Below are positions 1-11,606 of a DNA stretch of 59,822 nucleotides, piece after piece. The translations under genes were made by a program, and so were the position numbers. The number at the start of each line of letters is the position of its first letter. Within the stretch, counting starts at the first letter, position 1. The DNA is from an uncultured Actinomycetes bacterium (GTDB taxonomy: Bacteria; Actinomycetota; Actinomycetes; S36-B12): the NCBI GenBank assembly GCA_937875815.1, contig CALFHU010000041.1, forward strand, positions 1 through 59,822, read 5' to 3'. The notes beneath the pieces are model-generated. The model searched no databases and was not told the origin of the DNA. It saw nothing but the letters and a program-made list of their open reading frames with translations.

Positions 1-1664
1 AAGCAGTAACCAACGTTGATCGCACAATTCGCTCCGTCAAGCGCCACATGGGCACAAACTGGGATGTTGACATTGACGACAAGAAGTACACCCCACAAGA
101 AATTAGCGCGCGTACCTTGATGAAACTCAAGCGTGACGCTGAGGCCTATCTCGGTGACACCGTCTCTGACGCTGTCATCACTGTTCCAGCCTATTTTAAT
201 GATGCACAACGCCAAGCTACAAAAGAAGCAGGTGAAATTGCCGGCATGAATGTGTTGCGCATTATCAACGAGCCCACGTCAGCAGCACTTGCTTACGGCT
301 TGGATAAGGGCGACCAAGAACAAACCATTCTGGTATTCGACCTTGGTGGTGGAACATTTGACGTGTCACTCCTTGAAATCGGTGACGGCGTTGTTGAAGT
401 AAAAGCAACCAGTGGTGACAACAACCTCGGCGGGGACGACTGGGATAACGCGGTCGTTGACTGGATGGTCACGCAGTTCAAGAACGCACACGGTGTTGAC
501 CTGTCCAAAGACAAGATGGCGATGCAACGCCTGCGTGAAGCAGCTGAGAAAGCGAAGATTGAACTCTCGAGTTCGACCGAAACCTCGATCAACCTTCCGT
601 ACATCACGGCAAGCGCTGACGGCCCCCTTCACCTCGAAGAGACTTTGAGTCGGAGCAAGTTTGAGTCACTGACGGCAGACCTCCTTAAGCGCACCAGGGC
701 GCCATTTGAGTCCGTCGTCAAAGACGCTGGAGTCAAAATCAGTGACATTGATCAGGTTGTACTCGTCGGTGGATCAACTCGGATGCCGGCAGTTGCTGAC
801 CTGGTCAAGGAGATGACTGGCAAAGACGCTAACAAGGGTGTTAACCCAGACGAGGTTGTTGCAATCGGAGCGGCACTGCAAGCAGGTGTTCTTCGCGGAG
901 ACGTGAAAGACGTGCTACTACTTGACGTTACCCCGCTATCCCTGGGAATTGAAACCAAGGGTGGAGTCATGACCAAGCTGATCGAACGTAACACCACGAT
1001 TCCCACCAAGCGTTCAGAAACTTTCACAACTGCAGAAGACAATCAGCCCTCAGTGTCCATCCAGGTGTATCAGGGTGAACGTGAAATGGCTGCTTACAAC
1101 AAGCAACTGGGAACGTTTGACCTCACTGGCCTGCCTCCAGCACCGCGTGGAGTCCCGCAGGTCGAGGTCACATTCGACATCGACGCCAACGGAATCGTGC
1201 ATGTATCAGCCCGCGACACCGCAACCAGCAAAGAGCAGTCCATGACAATCTCCGGTGGATCAACCTTAAACAAGGAAGACATTGATCGCATGATGCGTGA
1301 TGCGGAAGCACACGCAGATGAGGACAAGCAACGCCGCGAAGAAGCTGAAGTCCGTAATAACGCTGAAGCGCTGGTATATCAAACCGAGAAATTCCTGGCT
1401 GACAATGCCGACAAAGTCCCCGCAGAAGCGAAGGAAAATGTTGAGGGTCCGCTGGAAGAGCTCAAAAAAGCAATCGAAGAAAACGATGGCCCCGGAATGC
1501 GCTCAGCAACGGACAAGGTCGCAGCCGCAAGCCAGGCGCTCGGAGCTGCAATGTATAGCGACGCACAAGCTGACGGATCTGAAGAAGGCGCCGAAGCGGC
1601 GGAAGATACATCTGAAGAAGATGTTGTTGATGCAGAGATCGTCGACGAGGATGAATCCAAGTGA
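1..1664 (+). CDS. dnaK: Molecular chaperone DnaK (Hsp70), 5'-truncated by window edge
   Basis: Frame 3 is open from base 3 ([18 protein letters not shown]...), so the gene enters from upstream. Hsp70 hallmarks [20 protein letters not shown] and [10 protein letters not shown], plus an acidic C-terminal tail. Confidence 0.97.
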   Translation, partial: AVTNVDRTIRSVKRHMGTNWDVDIDDKKYTPQEISARTLMKLKRDAEAYLGDTVSDAVITVPAYFNDAQRQATKEAGEIAGMNVLRIINEPTSAALAYGLDKGDQEQTILVFDLGGGTFDVSLLEIGDGVVEVKATSGDNNLGGDDWDNAVVDWMVTQFKNAHGVDLSKDKMAMQRLREAAEKAKIELSSSTETSINLPYITASADGPLHLEETLSRSKFESLTADLLKRTRAPFESVVKDAGVKISDIDQVVLVGGSTRMPAVADLVKEMTGKDANKGVNPDEVVAIGAALQAGVLRGDVKDVLLLDVTPLSLGIETKGGVMTKLIERNTTIPTKRSETFTTAEDNQPSVSIQVYQGEREMAAYNKQLGTFDLTGLPPAPRGVPQVEVTFDIDANGIVHVSARDTATSKEQSMTISGGSTLNKEDIDRMMRDAEAHADEDKQRREEAEVRNNAEALVYQTEKFLADNADKVPAEAKENVEGPLEELKKAIEENDGPGMRSATDKVAAASQALGAAMYSDAQADGSEEGAEAAEDTSEEDVVDAEIVDEDESK

Positions 1665-2215
1665 GTGAAGAAGAGGGTGTAAGGGTGAACGACAAACGTC
1701 GAATCGATCCCGACACCTTCGAGGTTCGCCAGCCTGACGCTGGCGAACCTCTCACCGAGATGGACGTGGAAGCGGAGATCATTGAAGGTGAGGTCGGTGG
1801 GATCGAGGAAAAAATCAGTGAACTCACTGAAGACCTACAGCGGGTACATGCCGAATACGCGAACTACCGCAAACGGGTCGACCGTGACCGGGAAGTGAAC
1901 CGTCAACTGGCAATCGGTGCCGTCTTCTCAGAACTCCTGCCGGTACTCGACGATCTTGAGTTAGCGCGCGAGCATGACGAACTCAACGGTGCATTCAAAA
2001 CCGTTGGCGAGAAGCTCGAGGCGACCTTGAACAAACTTGGTCTAGAGAAATTTGGTGCGGCCCAGGATCCGTTTGATCCCAACCTGCATGAAGCTCTGGC
2101 AAGTGTAGAAGCCGACGGAGTTACCGAGCCAACGGTCACCGCAGTATTCCAACAGGGCTACCGACAGGGCGACCGAATTTTGCGCCCGGCACGGGTCAGC
2201 GTCGCTGGTACGTGA
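1661..2215 (+). CDS. grpE: Nucleotide exchange factor GrpE
   Basis: GTGA overlap with the dnaK stop. GrpE-like coiled-coil plus C-terminal beta domain (AEYANYRKR..., [23 protein letters not shown]). Confidence 0.93.
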   Translation: MSEEEGVRVNDKRRIDPDTFEVRQPDAGEPLTEMDVEAEIIEGEVGGIEEKISELTEDLQRVHAEYANYRKRVDRDREVNRQLAIGAVFSELLPVLDDLELAREHDELNGAFKTVGEKLEATLNKLGLEKFGAAQDPFDPNLHEALASVEADGVTEPTVTAVFQQGYRQGDRILRPARVSVAGT

Positions 2216-2249
2216 GTGTTGACCGGGACCAAATGGATAGAGACATGCA

Positions 2250-3398
2250 ATGAATAAGGATTGGCTCGAGAAGGACTTTTACGCCTTATTGGGTGTCAGT
2301 AAAGATGCGACGCCCGATGAAATGAAAAAGACATACCGCAAACTTGCACGCGACCTTCACCCCGACAAGAACCCGGGAAACAAGGAAGCTGAAGACAAAT
2401 TCAAGGCGGTCTCTGAGGCCTACGACGTGTTATCTGATCAGAAGAAACGTAAGGAATACGACGAAGGTCGAGCTCTTTTTGCATCTGGTGGTTACAGTCC
2501 CGGTCAGGGAGGCGGCGGGAACTACAACGTCAACTACGAAGACCTATTCGGCGGCGACCAAAGTGGATTTGGTGACTTCCTTGGCGGTCTATTCAATCGA
2601 GGGGGCGGTGGCGGTGGTGGACGCTCGCAGCAGCCACGACGCGGACAAGATATCGAGACCGCACTCGCTTTGTCGTTCGACGACACGCTAGATGGTGTGA
2701 CGGTACCGTTGAATCTTCACAGTGATGCGCCATGTTCGATGTGTCACGGCACCGGAGCGAAAGCCGGCTCCACCCCAAAGGTGTGCCCAACGTGCCAAGG
2801 AAATGGACAGGTTGCCCGCAATGCGGGCGGATTCGCATTCGCTGAACCGTGCCCAACGTGCCAGGGTCGCGGGCTATTTGTTGATGACCCATGTAATAGG
2901 TGTCATGGATCCGGTCGTGGCAAAAGCAATCGGACCGTTCAGGCGCGAATCCCGGCAGGGGTCAAAGACGGATCAAAAATTCGACTTAAAGGCAAAGGGG
3001 GCCCTGGCGAGCGAGGCGGCCCCGCTGGAGACCTGTTCGTCAAAGTTTCTGTTAAGCCCCATCCGCTGTACACACGCAAAGGCGACAATCTAAGTGTTGA
3101 GGTCCCAGTGACTTTTGTCGAAGCAGCACTGGGTGCCGATATAGCGATTCCGATTCCACGCGGTGGAACTGTCAATATGCGAATTCCAGCGGGAACTACC
3201 ACTGGCCGGACGTTTCGAATTAAGGGAAAAGGGGTCCGCGGCAAGGACGGTAAGAATCACGATGTGCTTGCGGTAATAGATGTCGCGGTCCCGCAAAACC
3301 TAAACGAGGACGCAAAAACTGCTCTAGAAGCCTTCGCCCAAGCAACAATTGATCAGGACCCACGCAAAGAGATATACGCGCTCGGGGCAAAACCATGA
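2250..3398 (+). CDS. dnaJ: Co-chaperone DnaJ
   Basis: J domain with HPD (DLHPDKNP), Gly/Phe-rich linker, and four CxxCxGxG zinc-finger repeats ([32 protein letters not shown]). Confidence 0.96.
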   Translation: MNKDWLEKDFYALLGVSKDATPDEMKKTYRKLARDLHPDKNPGNKEAEDKFKAVSEAYDVLSDQKKRKEYDEGRALFASGGYSPGQGGGGNYNVNYEDLFGGDQSGFGDFLGGLFNRGGGGGGGRSQQPRRGQDIETALALSFDDTLDGVTVPLNLHSDAPCSMCHGTGAKAGSTPKVCPTCQGNGQVARNAGGFAFAEPCPTCQGRGLFVDDPCNRCHGSGRGKSNRTVQARIPAGVKDGSKIRLKGKGGPGERGGPAGDLFVKVSVKPHPLYTRKGDNLSVEVPVTFVEAALGADIAIPIPRGGTVNMRIPAGTTTGRTFRIKGKGVRGKDGKNHDVLAVIDVAVPQNLNEDAKTALEAFAQATIDQDPRKEIYALGAKP

Positions 3399-3754
3399 GC
3401 ATTCCAAATGACGACAACATTGTTGCCTCCGATACCCCGGTGTACGCGATTTCGATCGCCGCGCAACTCTGTGGATTGCACCCCCAAACTTTGCGACAAT
3501 ACGACCGAGTCGGTCTCGTAGCGGCACACCGGGTCGCGGGAAGAAATCGTCTTTACAGCGCGCGCGACGTCCAACGACTCCGCTATGTTTCACAATTATC
3601 AGCAGAGGGTTTAAGCATTGAAGGAATTAAGCGAGTGATTGAACTTGAGGAACAAGTCCTCGCCCTTCGTGAACAACTCGGCGAGTTCCACCGTGAACGC
3701 ACATCACGCGCTTTGGTGGTGTGGCGACCGCAATACAGGAATCGGGGACAGTAA
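3395..3754 (+). CDS. hspR: MerR-family heat-shock repressor HspR
   Basis: ATGA overlap with dnaJ. MerR-type HTH ([25 protein letters not shown]). Sits directly after dnaJ, as in actinobacterial dnaK operons. Confidence 0.9.
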   Translation: MSIPNDDNIVASDTPVYAISIAAQLCGLHPQTLRQYDRVGLVAAHRVAGRNRLYSARDVQRLRYVSQLSAEGLSIEGIKRVIELEEQVLALREQLGEFHRERTSRALVVWRPQYRNRGQ

Positions 3755-6336
3755 TGGACATTGCATTCACAACTAAAGGCCAGGACGCAATCGGCGCGTC
3801 AGTTCGAATCGCTGCTGCTCAAGGAAACCCTGCAGTCGAGCCCATTCACCTTCTTGACTCACTGTTACAACAAGGACCCGGTATCGCGACCGCTCTGCTT
3901 GAACATCTCGGTGTGGACGTGTCGACCTTCATGACAAGGGTGCGGGCAGATATGCAGGCACTGCCCTCAGCTTCTGGGTCAACTGTCGCAGCGCCGCAAC
4001 TGAGTCAACTAACTTTCAAAATTCTTAACGACGCAGATGTACTCGCTAAAGAGCGCGGTGACGAATATGTCAGCACCGAGCACCTACTCATCGCACTGGC
4101 CCAGAGCGACGACTCCGATGCCAAAAAAATACTCGCAACGGTGGGAGCGACCGGTGAGTCGCTACTTCAAGCACTACTAGAAACGAAAGGGAGCGCACGC
4201 GTGAGCACACAGGACCCAGAAGGCACTTTCCAGGCACTTGAAAAATACGGTATTGATCTCACCGCGCTAGCCCGCGAAGGCAAGATCGACCCGGTAATCG
4301 GTCGTGATGAGGAAGTGCGTCGAACGATCCAAGTTCTTTCGCGTCGTACCAAGAACAACCCGGTCCTGATTGGCGAACCAGGTGTAGGAAAGACGGCCGT
4401 CGTGGAAGGTTTGGCGCGTCGTATCGTCGAAGGGGATGTCCCCACTTCACTTGCTGGCAAAACCCTCATTTCCCTCGACATGAGCGCAATGGTTGCCGGG
4501 GCTAAGTACCGAGGTGAATTTGAGGAACGGCTGAAAGCAGTTCTTGACGAGATCAAGGGCAGCGACGGTCAAATAGTTACTTTTATCGATGAGCTCCACA
4601 CGGTTGTTGGAGCTGGGAGCAGTGGCGATTCGGCGATGGATGCCGGCAATATGTTGAAACCAATGCTTGCCCGAGGTGAGTTACGCATGATTGGTGCGAC
4701 AACACTGGACGAGTACCGTCAGTACATTGAAAAAGACGCGGCACTTGAGCGGCGTTTCCAGCAGGTATTTGTTGACCAGCCCAGTGTTGAAGACACCATT
4801 GCGATTCTCAGAGGTATCAAGGAAAAATATGAAGCTCATCATAAAGTCGTGATCTCTGATGCGGCGCTCGTTGCCGCGGCGACTATGTCCGATCGATACA
4901 TCACCAGTCGCTTTCTACCCGACAAGGCAATTGACCTGATGGACGAGTCGGCGAGTCGCTTACGGATGGAAATTGACTCCTCGCCCGTTGAGATTGACGT
5001 GCTTCAACGTCAAGTAGACCGCTTGCGCATGGAAGATCTCGCGGTATCAAAAGAAAAAGATGATGCATCAAAGGATCGTTTGGCCAAGATTCGCGCTGAG
5101 ATCGCGGATAAAGACGAGGAACTGCGCGGACTACGCACGCGTTGGGACGCGGAGAAGCAAGGGCTGGACCGCATTGGCGAAATCAAGGTCCTCATCGATG
5201 ACCTGCGCGCAGTTGCTGACAAAGCCCAACGCGAAGGAGACTTTGAGCAAGCGTCACGGATTCTATATTCCGAGCTCCCCACTTTCGAAGAGGAACTCGA
5301 AAAAGTTACGGCGGAAACAAATGCTCGTGAATCGACCATGGTCAGGGAAGAAGTCACCGCAGATGACATCGCTGAAGTCGTTGCAGCGTGGACCGGCATC
5401 CCGGCAGGTAGATTGCTCGAGGGGGAAACCGAGAAACTGCTGCGGATGGAGGACCATCTTGGCGAGCGGGTGATTGGCCAACCTGAAGCGGTGCGTGAAG
5501 TCAGTGACGCGGTGCGCCGTGCGCGAGCAGGGATCTCCGACCCCGACCGGCCAACCGGGTCCTTCATGTTCCTGGGGCCAACTGGCGTAGGCAAGACCGA
5601 GTTGGCCAAGGCGCTCGCGGAATTTCTCTTCGATGACGAACGGGCCATGATCCGTATTGATATGAGCGAGTACTCCGAGAAGCACTCGGTGGCGCGTTTG
5701 GTTGGTGCTCCTCCCGGATACGTCGGCTACGAACAGGGCGGTCAACTCACGGAAGCAGTTCGTCGGCGTCCTTACTCGGTCGTCCTGCTCGACGAAGTTG
5801 AAAAAGCGCACCCCGAAGTATTTGACATCCTTTTGCAGGTTCTTGACGACGGGCGCTTGACGGACGGCCAGGGGAGAACCGTCGATTTCCGTAATGTGAT
5901 TTTGATTCTGACCTCAAACTTAGGCTCCCAATTCTTGATAGACCAAGATCTGCCCTTCTCCGAGCGCAAGGCTGCCGTTATGGAGATTGTTCGCCAAAAA
6001 TTCCGACCCGAGTTCCTTAATCGACTCGACGCGATGGTTATATTTGATCCGCTCGGCAAGGAAGAACTACGTCGAATCACCAAAATTCACATTGATCAGT
6101 TGCAGGAACGGCTTTCCGAGAGGCGAATCACCCTCGAGTTAGAAGCAGCGGCGCTCACCTGGTTGGTTGATCGAGGTTTTGATCCCGTGTACGGCGCACG
6201 TCCACTGCGCAGGCTTGTTCAAACCGCGGTTGGCGACAAGTTGGCCATGGCGCTACTAGGTGGCGACTTAGTCGATGGCGACACCTGTGTAATCACGGTG
6301 GCGGACGACGGTGAATCACTTAGAATTCAGACATGA
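3754..6336 (+). CDS. clpB: ATP-dependent disaggregase ClpB
   Basis: Two AAA+ modules (Walker A GEPGVGKT and GPTGVGKT) separated by a long coiled-coil middle domain. Start placed at ATG 3754 (TAATG overlap with the hspR stop), giving [10 protein letters not shown]...; the tracked ORF begins at GTG 3721. Confidence 0.95.
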   Translation: MDIAFTTKGQDAIGASVRIAAAQGNPAVEPIHLLDSLLQQGPGIATALLEHLGVDVSTFMTRVRADMQALPSASGSTVAAPQLSQLTFKILNDADVLAKERGDEYVSTEHLLIALAQSDDSDAKKILATVGATGESLLQALLETKGSARVSTQDPEGTFQALEKYGIDLTALAREGKIDPVIGRDEEVRRTIQVLSRRTKNNPVLIGEPGVGKTAVVEGLARRIVEGDVPTSLAGKTLISLDMSAMVAGAKYRGEFEERLKAVLDEIKGSDGQIVTFIDELHTVVGAGSSGDSAMDAGNMLKPMLARGELRMIGATTLDEYRQYIEKDAALERRFQQVFVDQPSVEDTIAILRGIKEKYEAHHKVVISDAALVAAATMSDRYITSRFLPDKAIDLMDESASRLRMEIDSSPVEIDVLQRQVDRLRMEDLAVSKEKDDASKDRLAKIRAEIADKDEELRGLRTRWDAEKQGLDRIGEIKVLIDDLRAVADKAQREGDFEQASRILYSELPTFEEELEKVTAETNARESTMVREEVTADDIAEVVAAWTGIPAGRLLEGETEKLLRMEDHLGERVIGQPEAVREVSDAVRRARAGISDPDRPTGSFMFLGPTGVGKTELAKALAEFLFDDERAMIRIDMSEYSEKHSVARLVGAPPGYVGYEQGGQLTEAVRRRPYSVVLLDEVEKAHPEVFDILLQVLDDGRLTDGQGRTVDFRNVILILTSNLGSQFLIDQDLPFSERKAAVMEIVRQKFRPEFLNRLDAMVIFDPLGKEELRRITKIHIDQLQERLSERRITLELEAAALTWLVDRGFDPVYGARPLRRLVQTAVGDKLAMALLGGDLVDGDTCVITVADDGESLRIQT

Positions 6337-6845
6337 TCAAAACCATAATTCGCACTGGGCTCATCGCCGGTGTCATCGCAGTTCTCGGCCTTGGGTTTAT
6401 TGCCCCGGCAAATGCTGCGTCAAAAGGCGAAAAAGTTGTATTTCTTACCAAGTTTGTCAGTGAAAAAACAACCCTTAACGTCTTACCGGGGGGTTACACC
6501 TACGGCTGGAACTACCTGACGAGCGCCACCAAAATTGACGGTAAGCCGGGGAAAGTTGAGTTCCTGGGCGTGGTGAATTACAAAAACGGAAGTGGCCCCT
6601 TTGAAGGATTTGTCACTGTGACTTTGGACAATGGCTCGATCCTTGGCCTGACGGTTGATGGCCAAGGCCTGTCCCTCGCGAAGGGCAGTGGAACAGCAGA
6701 CGCCCGTTTTGGTGGTTCCATCAAAGTAATCAGCGGAACGGGCGATTTTAAAAAGGCACAGGGCATGGGCACCATGACCGGGAGCCGGGCGTCAGCACTG
6801 GGAAGTCCGGTGGCCATGAAATTTAATCTGACCCTTAAAAAATAG
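6333..6845 (+). CDS. Secreted hypothetical protein (Sec signal peptide, Gly/Thr-rich, probably all-beta)
   Basis: ATGA overlap with the clpB stop. N-terminal signal [28 protein letters not shown]|AS. I recognise no family. Confidence 0.6.
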   Translation: MIKTIIRTGLIAGVIAVLGLGFIAPANAASKGEKVVFLTKFVSEKTTLNVLPGGYTYGWNYLTSATKIDGKPGKVEFLGVVNYKNGSGPFEGFVTVTLDNGSILGLTVDGQGLSLAKGSGTADARFGGSIKVISGTGDFKKAQGMGTMTGSRASALGSPVAMKFNLTLKK

Positions 6846-7998
6846 TTCGGATCCGCTTGGTGGCTTCTGCTAGGACTTCAGGCTTCTTACAGAATGCCCA
6901 CCGGACGTATTCTTTAAAGTCCTGACCCGACTCGGTAAAGACTTTGTGCGGGATCGCAACAACCTGGCATTTATTGGCCAACATCCGTGCGAACTCAAAG
7001 CCGTCGGTGTAGCCGAGGGGTGAAACATCTGTGGTGACGAAATACGTCCCCTCCGTGGGGATCACCCTCATTCCTATTTGCGCCAATTCAGCGCTGAGTT
7101 GATCTCGCTTAACGCCAAGGTCCCGGCGAAATTCAGTAAAATATTGGTCTGGCAATCCAAGCCCATGAGCTATCGCCAATTGAAATGGCCCGCCGGATAC
7201 GTAGCTCAAGTGCTGGCGTACCGCCTTGACGGCGGTGATCAAAGTGCGCGGTCCACTCGCCCAGCCGACCTTCCAACCCGTGAATGAAAAACATTTTCCT
7301 CCCGAACCAATGGTGATGGTGCGCTCAAACATTCCCGGCAAAGTTGAAATCGGGATATGACGGTTCGAATCAAACCACAAATGCTCGTACGCTTCATCAG
7401 AAATAACGATCAAATTGTGAGTAGTCACCAGGGCAGCGATGGCGCTAAGTTCTTCACAATTGAACACTATCCCGCTGGGATTGTGTGGCGAGTTGAGTAG
7501 GAGCACCTTGGTTGCGGGAGTGATCGCTTGCGCCAGCGCCTCAATGTCTGGTCGGAAATTGGGCTTAGTGAGTGGAATCCCAACAGGCTTCGCACCACTT
7601 AAATCGATCGCCGCTCGGTACACATCAAATGCGGGGTCAAAAAATATGACCTCGTCACCTACTTCAACGAGCGCCAGCAAACTTGCCGCAATAGCCTCAC
7701 TGGCTCCTGTTGTTGCAACAACACCAGTATCAGGGTCAACGACAAGGTCGTAAAAGCGCTTCTGATGAGCGGAGATCGCTGAGCGCAATTCTGGAAAGCC
7801 ATGTGGCGGCGGATACTGGTTCCCGCGGCCGCTTTGAATACACCGAATAGCTTCGTCTTTGATTTCCTGGGGACCATCGGTGTCTGGGAACCCTTGACCA
7901 AGATTAATCGAATTAGTTTCTACCGCAAGGCGCGACATCTCGGCGAAGATTGAGACCGCATGGGGTCTCATTTTTGGGACTAGGAAGTTTTCTTGCAC
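6835..7998 (-). CDS. PLP-dependent class I/II aminotransferase (DapC / MalY-like)
   Basis: INLGQGFPD motif, SPHNPSG, and a putative PLP-lysine region (GSGGKCFSFTGWKVGW). The start may be ATG 7971 (MRPHAVSIFAEMSRLA) rather than GTG 7998. Confidence 0.85.
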   Translation of the reverse strand: MQENFLVPKMRPHAVSIFAEMSRLAVETNSINLGQGFPDTDGPQEIKDEAIRCIQSGRGNQYPPPHGFPELRSAISAHQKRFYDLVVDPDTGVVATTGASEAIAASLLALVEVGDEVIFFDPAFDVYRAAIDLSGAKPVGIPLTKPNFRPDIEALAQAITPATKVLLLNSPHNPSGIVFNCEELSAIAALVTTHNLIVISDEAYEHLWFDSNRHIPISTLPGMFERTITIGSGGKCFSFTGWKVGWASGPRTLITAVKAVRQHLSYVSGGPFQLAIAHGLGLPDQYFTEFRRDLGVKRDQLSAELAQIGMRVIPTEGTYFVTTDVSPLGYTDGFEFARMLANKCQVVAIPHKVFTESGQDFKEYVRWAFCKKPEVLAEATKRIRTIF

Positions 7999-8048
7999 GG
8001 GGTAACCCTAAGCCTGCATCACGGCGGCCCCCATGCTTAGGTGGGCGG

Positions 8049-9122
8049 GTGAGCGCGCGACTAATTGAGCCAGGAGTACAACTCACGCTCGAGATCGAGT
8101 CAGCTCTGCACGTGATTGCAGAAAGTGCCGAAATTTCTGATCAATCGGGAGTTCCCAGGAGCCATATTGATTTGCTTGCCTCAGCCGGGGCGCATGGCGC
8201 CCCACGGGCATTGGCGCAACAGCGTGAAGTCACCGAGCGCCTCGCCGGGGCAGATGCGAGCACCTGGTTTTGTTGGAGCCAGCATCAGACGCCATTACGC
8301 ACAATGTTGGCGGGTGGAAGCGAGCCGGCTAGTGAGGCACTTTCGAAACGGTGGTTGTCTGGATTGCAGGGGGGCGAGTTTTTGGCGGCAATTGCATTTG
8401 CACATGTGCGGCGCGGGGGGCCGCCAAACCCAGTCGCTCATCAATGTGAAGGCGGGTGGGAACTGACCGGGACCCTTGACTGGGTAACGAGTTGGGATAT
8501 TGCCGATGTACTGATGCTGTTAGCGTCCACGGAAGATAAATCTGAGTTCGTGATTTTTTATCTACCGGTCCAGGAATTTACTGAGGCATTCGATTCGTGC
8601 GTGGTGGGGGATCCATTAAAACTATTGGCAATGTCAGGTACACACAGCAGGCCAATTACATTTGATCACACGTTCATGAGTAGCGACTACGCATTCAGCG
8701 TCATTGATGCAAATGAATGGCTGGTAGCCGATTCGGTGAAAACCATTTTACCCAACCCCGCCGCATTGGGTGTTGCGCGGGGAGCCATTGAGCAACTTAA
8801 TGAAGTTGCATCCAAGCGTAAGCAGGAGCAGGGAAAAATCACTGCACGTAAATTGGCTGTTGAATACCAGGCACTGCGCGAACGTGCCTACGCCGCGACA
8901 GACGACCCTAAAACCTTGCGGTCGGAACTGGTTTCCTTGCGCGTTCAGGTACTTGAGTTCGCTGTCAAGTCCGCTGTTGCTGTAATAACGGCAAGTTCAG
9001 GCAGCGCAATGTTGATGGGCAACGCAGCGGAGCGCCGGGTACGCGAAGCAATATTTTTGCAGATACAAGCACAAACGCAGGAAACGAGAAATGCCGCATT
9101 GGCGCGTTTGGCAACCGAGTAG
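8049..9122 (+). CDS. Acyl-CoA dehydrogenase-fold family protein (function unknown)
   Basis: Length and pattern resemble an ACAD-like middle beta domain plus C-terminal helical domain (GGWELTGTLDWVTSWDIADVLML). The tracked start at 7950 overlaps the upstream divergent gene, so GTG 8049 is chosen. Family assignment is from recollection only. Confidence 0.5.
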   Translation: MSARLIEPGVQLTLEIESALHVIAESAEISDQSGVPRSHIDLLASAGAHGAPRALAQQREVTERLAGADASTWFCWSQHQTPLRTMLAGGSEPASEALSKRWLSGLQGGEFLAAIAFAHVRRGGPPNPVAHQCEGGWELTGTLDWVTSWDIADVLMLLASTEDKSEFVIFYLPVQEFTEAFDSCVVGDPLKLLAMSGTHSRPITFDHTFMSSDYAFSVIDANEWLVADSVKTILPNPAALGVARGAIEQLNEVASKRKQEQGKITARKLAVEYQALRERAYAATDDPKTLRSELVSLRVQVLEFAVKSAVAVITASSGSAMLMGNAAERRVREAIFLQIQAQTQETRNAALARLATE

Positions 9123-9155
9123 CTAAAACTCGTTCACTTCTGACATGATCAGGTC

Positions 9156-9587
9156 ATGAGAAAATTACCGAAAGTCCTCGCGGCGCTTGTTGCGTCAGCA
9201 TTCGCATTATCAGCATTCGGCGCTGTAGGAGCACAGGCTGCAGACCCGAGAAAGAATGAGTTGCAATTCTCAATCTTCATGCAAGATGGGCAAGTACGAC
9301 TGACCCCTAAGGAAATAATCGTGATTTCCCAGCCAAATAATCCATCGACTGGCTACACGGTGAAGGCAACCGTGAAAGGCAAGAAGAAGTCTGTGAAACT
9401 GACTAAAGGCTTTTATTCATCAGACGCGAACCCCACGGGCGCTGTCGGAGCCGGTGGCACCACGTACTGGGGCCTTAAAGCCCTCAAGCCAGGTATCGCC
9501 TATGTGAAGGTCACCACAACAGCGCCAAGTGGCGAAGTTGCATCAACAGAGCGCCTCAAGGTGATTGTGATGGAAGACAGGAAATGA
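9156..9587 (+). CDS. Secreted chagasin-family (MEROPS I42) peptidase inhibitor-like protein
   Basis: Signal peptide ending AQA|AD. Chagasin loop motifs NPSTGY (L2, consensus NPTTG[FY]) and GAGG followed by a beta strand (L4, consensus GxGG). The L6 RPW motif is not conserved. Confidence 0.6.
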   Translation: MRKLPKVLAALVASAFALSAFGAVGAQAADPRKNELQFSIFMQDGQVRLTPKEIIVISQPNNPSTGYTVKATVKGKKKSVKLTKGFYSSDANPTGAVGAGGTTYWGLKALKPGIAYVKVTTTAPSGEVASTERLKVIVMEDRK

Positions 9588-9588
9588 G

Positions 9589-11121
9589 TTAACGTGGAAG
9601 ACGAATTTTCGTGACGGGTGAGTTCACAGAACCAGCCTCAGTGAAAATTCGAACAACGCAGCGGTATCGACTTTTAGTCAGGTTGCGAACCACCGCCACA
9701 TTATTGGAAATTTGAGCAGAGCGAGTAGCTCCGGCGCCCACGGGTGAGCAGAGCACTCGCTCTGCAGTGATTTGTGAGCCATTTGCAAGCGAAGTGGTCA
9801 CGCGAAATTTGGCGGTTTTCCCGGTAAACTTGATCGACTTGATATTGCCCACAACGGGCTGATCACTTGGGACCGCAATAATCGGGTCTGATGGTGGCGA
9901 GTTGCCTTGGTCGGTGGCGGCTATTGCGGTGATCGTGTATTGAGCACCCGTGATCAGTCCCGAAATTGAGCAACGTCCGGTGATACTGCGCTGGGTGGGC
10001 GCCGCAAAACAGGTGAATGTTTGGGTGTCATTTGGATCAATGGGACTTGGCCCGGTAGCCGTAACCGCGTACTGGGTCACAGTGGTCCCGTCTTGACCGG
10101 CAGTAATACGGACTTTCAGCTGGTCAAGAAGTGGGATAACGGTAACGCTCGGCGCAAGAGTGGGAATCGAAAGCGGTATCGCTCCGGCGTTTTGCAAATA
10201 TGTGTTGAGCGCGCTCACCCGGGTGTAGACACCGGGGTAGTTACTGGCGCAGTCTTCGCCCCAACTGACTATTCCAACAAGCCGAGGACCGGCGCTTGCA
10301 TCAACCACCAAGGGACCGCCAGAATCTCCCTGGCAGGCATCGACAACTTCTTTGTTGGAACTGACTCCAGCCGCGCACAGCATTATTTCCTTATCCAATT
10401 CACTACTGTCAAAGCCATTGAAATTGAGTCCGTCGATTTTATATCGTTTCCCGCCGCCGCAGGAATTGTCCGGGAAGATAGTCAGATCACCGACCTGGAA
10501 AACGGAAGTATATTTCCTTTCCGAGACTGCTGTATTTCCCCAGCCGGCAACTTGGGCCGTTCGGCCAGCGGAGGTGTATTCGGTGGACATTCCCGGAACT
10601 AAAGGGGCCAATAACGCAATGTCATCGACCGGCGAGGCGAGCGTTAACACGGAAATGTCGTATTCGGAAGTTTCGATGTCGTATTTCGGGTGCACGCTCA
10701 CGCTGGCAATACCGATGAGTCGAATACTTGTGGAATCGAGATTTCTAGTGAAGCCCGCGGTGATTTCGGCAGCGTCGCTTTGTTCACCGGTCTTTTGGTT
10801 GACCACGCAGTGGGCGGCGGTCACCAATGTGGTGGGGGTGGTCAACGTTGCTGCGCAGAATTGGGCCTGGAAGGCGCCCTTCTGCTGTAGCTCCTTGGTT
10901 TTTAGTAGTGCGGCAAGGTAGGGGAATTGACCAACTTCGCCGTCAACCCCCTGAACTACCCGCGGTGAAAGTTGGTTGTGGGTGTTGCCCACCCCTTGGG
11001 CACTTACCAGGGGGACAAACCCTAGAGCCGCGGCCATCAGCCCAATGAGCGCCTGCTTTCCCCCAAACTTCACTCCGCAACGGTAAGCCATGCGCTGATG
11101 CAGGCTGTGATGAGTCCGCAC
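9589..11121 (-). CDS. Secreted trypsin-like serine protease (S1 family) with two C-terminal FN3/Ig-like domains
   Basis: Catalytic triad contexts TAAHC, DISVL and [13 protein letters not shown]-terminal hydrophobic signal. C-terminal approximately 190 aa with a beta-sandwich repeat pattern. Alternative start at ATG 11091. Confidence 0.85.
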   Translation of the reverse strand: MRTHHSLHQRMAYRCGVKFGGKQALIGLMAAALGFVPLVSAQGVGNTHNQLSPRVVQGVDGEVGQFPYLAALLKTKELQQKGAFQAQFCAATLTTPTTLVTAAHCVVNQKTGEQSDAAEITAGFTRNLDSTSIRLIGIASVSVHPKYDIETSEYDISVLTLASPVDDIALLAPLVPGMSTEYTSAGRTAQVAGWGNTAVSERKYTSVFQVGDLTIFPDNSCGGGKRYKIDGLNFNGFDSSELDKEIMLCAAGVSSNKEVVDACQGDSGGPLVVDASAGPRLVGIVSWGEDCASNYPGVYTRVSALNTYLQNAGAIPLSIPTLAPSVTVIPLLDQLKVRITAGQDGTTVTQYAVTATGPSPIDPNDTQTFTCFAAPTQRSITGRCSISGLITGAQYTITAIAATDQGNSPPSDPIIAVPSDQPVVGNIKSIKFTGKTAKFRVTTSLANGSQITAERVLCSPVGAGATRSAQISNNVAVVRNLTKSRYRCVVRIFTEAGSVNSPVTKIRLPR

Positions 11122-11146
11122 TCATTGGGGAATCGGTCGGGGCTAG

Positions 11147-11587
11147 CTAGGGCAAACAGTTGTCAATTAGTTCGGCGAAAGCGGGTTCGCCGGGGAATCG
11201 GGCTACCTCAATGCCACGAAGTGACACATCTCTAGGAATAGTCGAACCCGGTGGAAAGTAGGCGGTAATGGGGGCGTTTGGCCAGCTTTCGGTAAATGGG
11301 GGGAGGGCCGGACTGATCAGTTGGTAGCTCAAAATCTTTCTATTCCCGGCTTTTTGGGCGAGGGCAATTGCCGGGAGTTGTTCGCAGGCTTTGCCCGTGG
11401 CAATGATGACCAGGTGCGCGGTCCTAATGCTCTGGGTAATTTTCGCACAGGTTTTAGCCGGGTCGGACTCAAGCTGAATTTCAATGTAAGCGGTGAAGTC
11501 GGAGCTGGTCAACTCCTCTGAGAGAGCAGGTTGGGTGTCTGCGCTGACCAGATGGACCACAGTTACTTCATTCATCGGGTCCAGCAT
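11147..11587 (-). CDS. Hypothetical cytoplasmic protein
   Basis: 146-codon ORF directly upstream of, and co-directional with, the S1 protease (25-nt gap). No recognised motif. Confidence 0.45.
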   Translation of the reverse strand: MLDPMNEVTVVHLVSADTQPALSEELTSSDFTAYIEIQLESDPAKTCAKITQSIRTAHLVIIATGKACEQLPAIALAQKAGNRKILSYQLISPALPPFTESWPNAPITAYFPPGSTIPRDVSLRGIEVARFPGEPAFAELIDNCLP

Positions 11588-11606
11588 ATGCGCACTTGAT
11601 TAGAAT

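Noticed and set aside
7951-7970. Perfect 7-bp inverted repeat TGAGACC-gcatgg-GGTCTCA at the 5' end of the aminotransferase gene.
   Set aside because: It could be an operator or a 5' mRNA hairpin. It lies within, or at, the alternative start codon of the CDS, and I have no second copy or known motif to support a regulatory call.
7950-8048. Upstream extension of the ACAD-like ORF; similar N-terminal extensions at 13736, 14803, 12144..13193, 43187 and 58383.
   Set aside because: The extensions overlap neighbouring genes or are Pro/Arg/Gly-rich. Internal starts restore the family-typical N-termini or lipoboxes with better RBS spacing.
8950-8971. HAIR-like inverted repeat ACTTGA-N8-TCAAGT; a similar short palindrome occurs at about 3646..3660 inside hspR.
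   Set aside because: Both lie inside coding sequence, have short arms, and do not match the full CTTGAGT-N7-ACTCAAG operator. They are probably chance palindromes.
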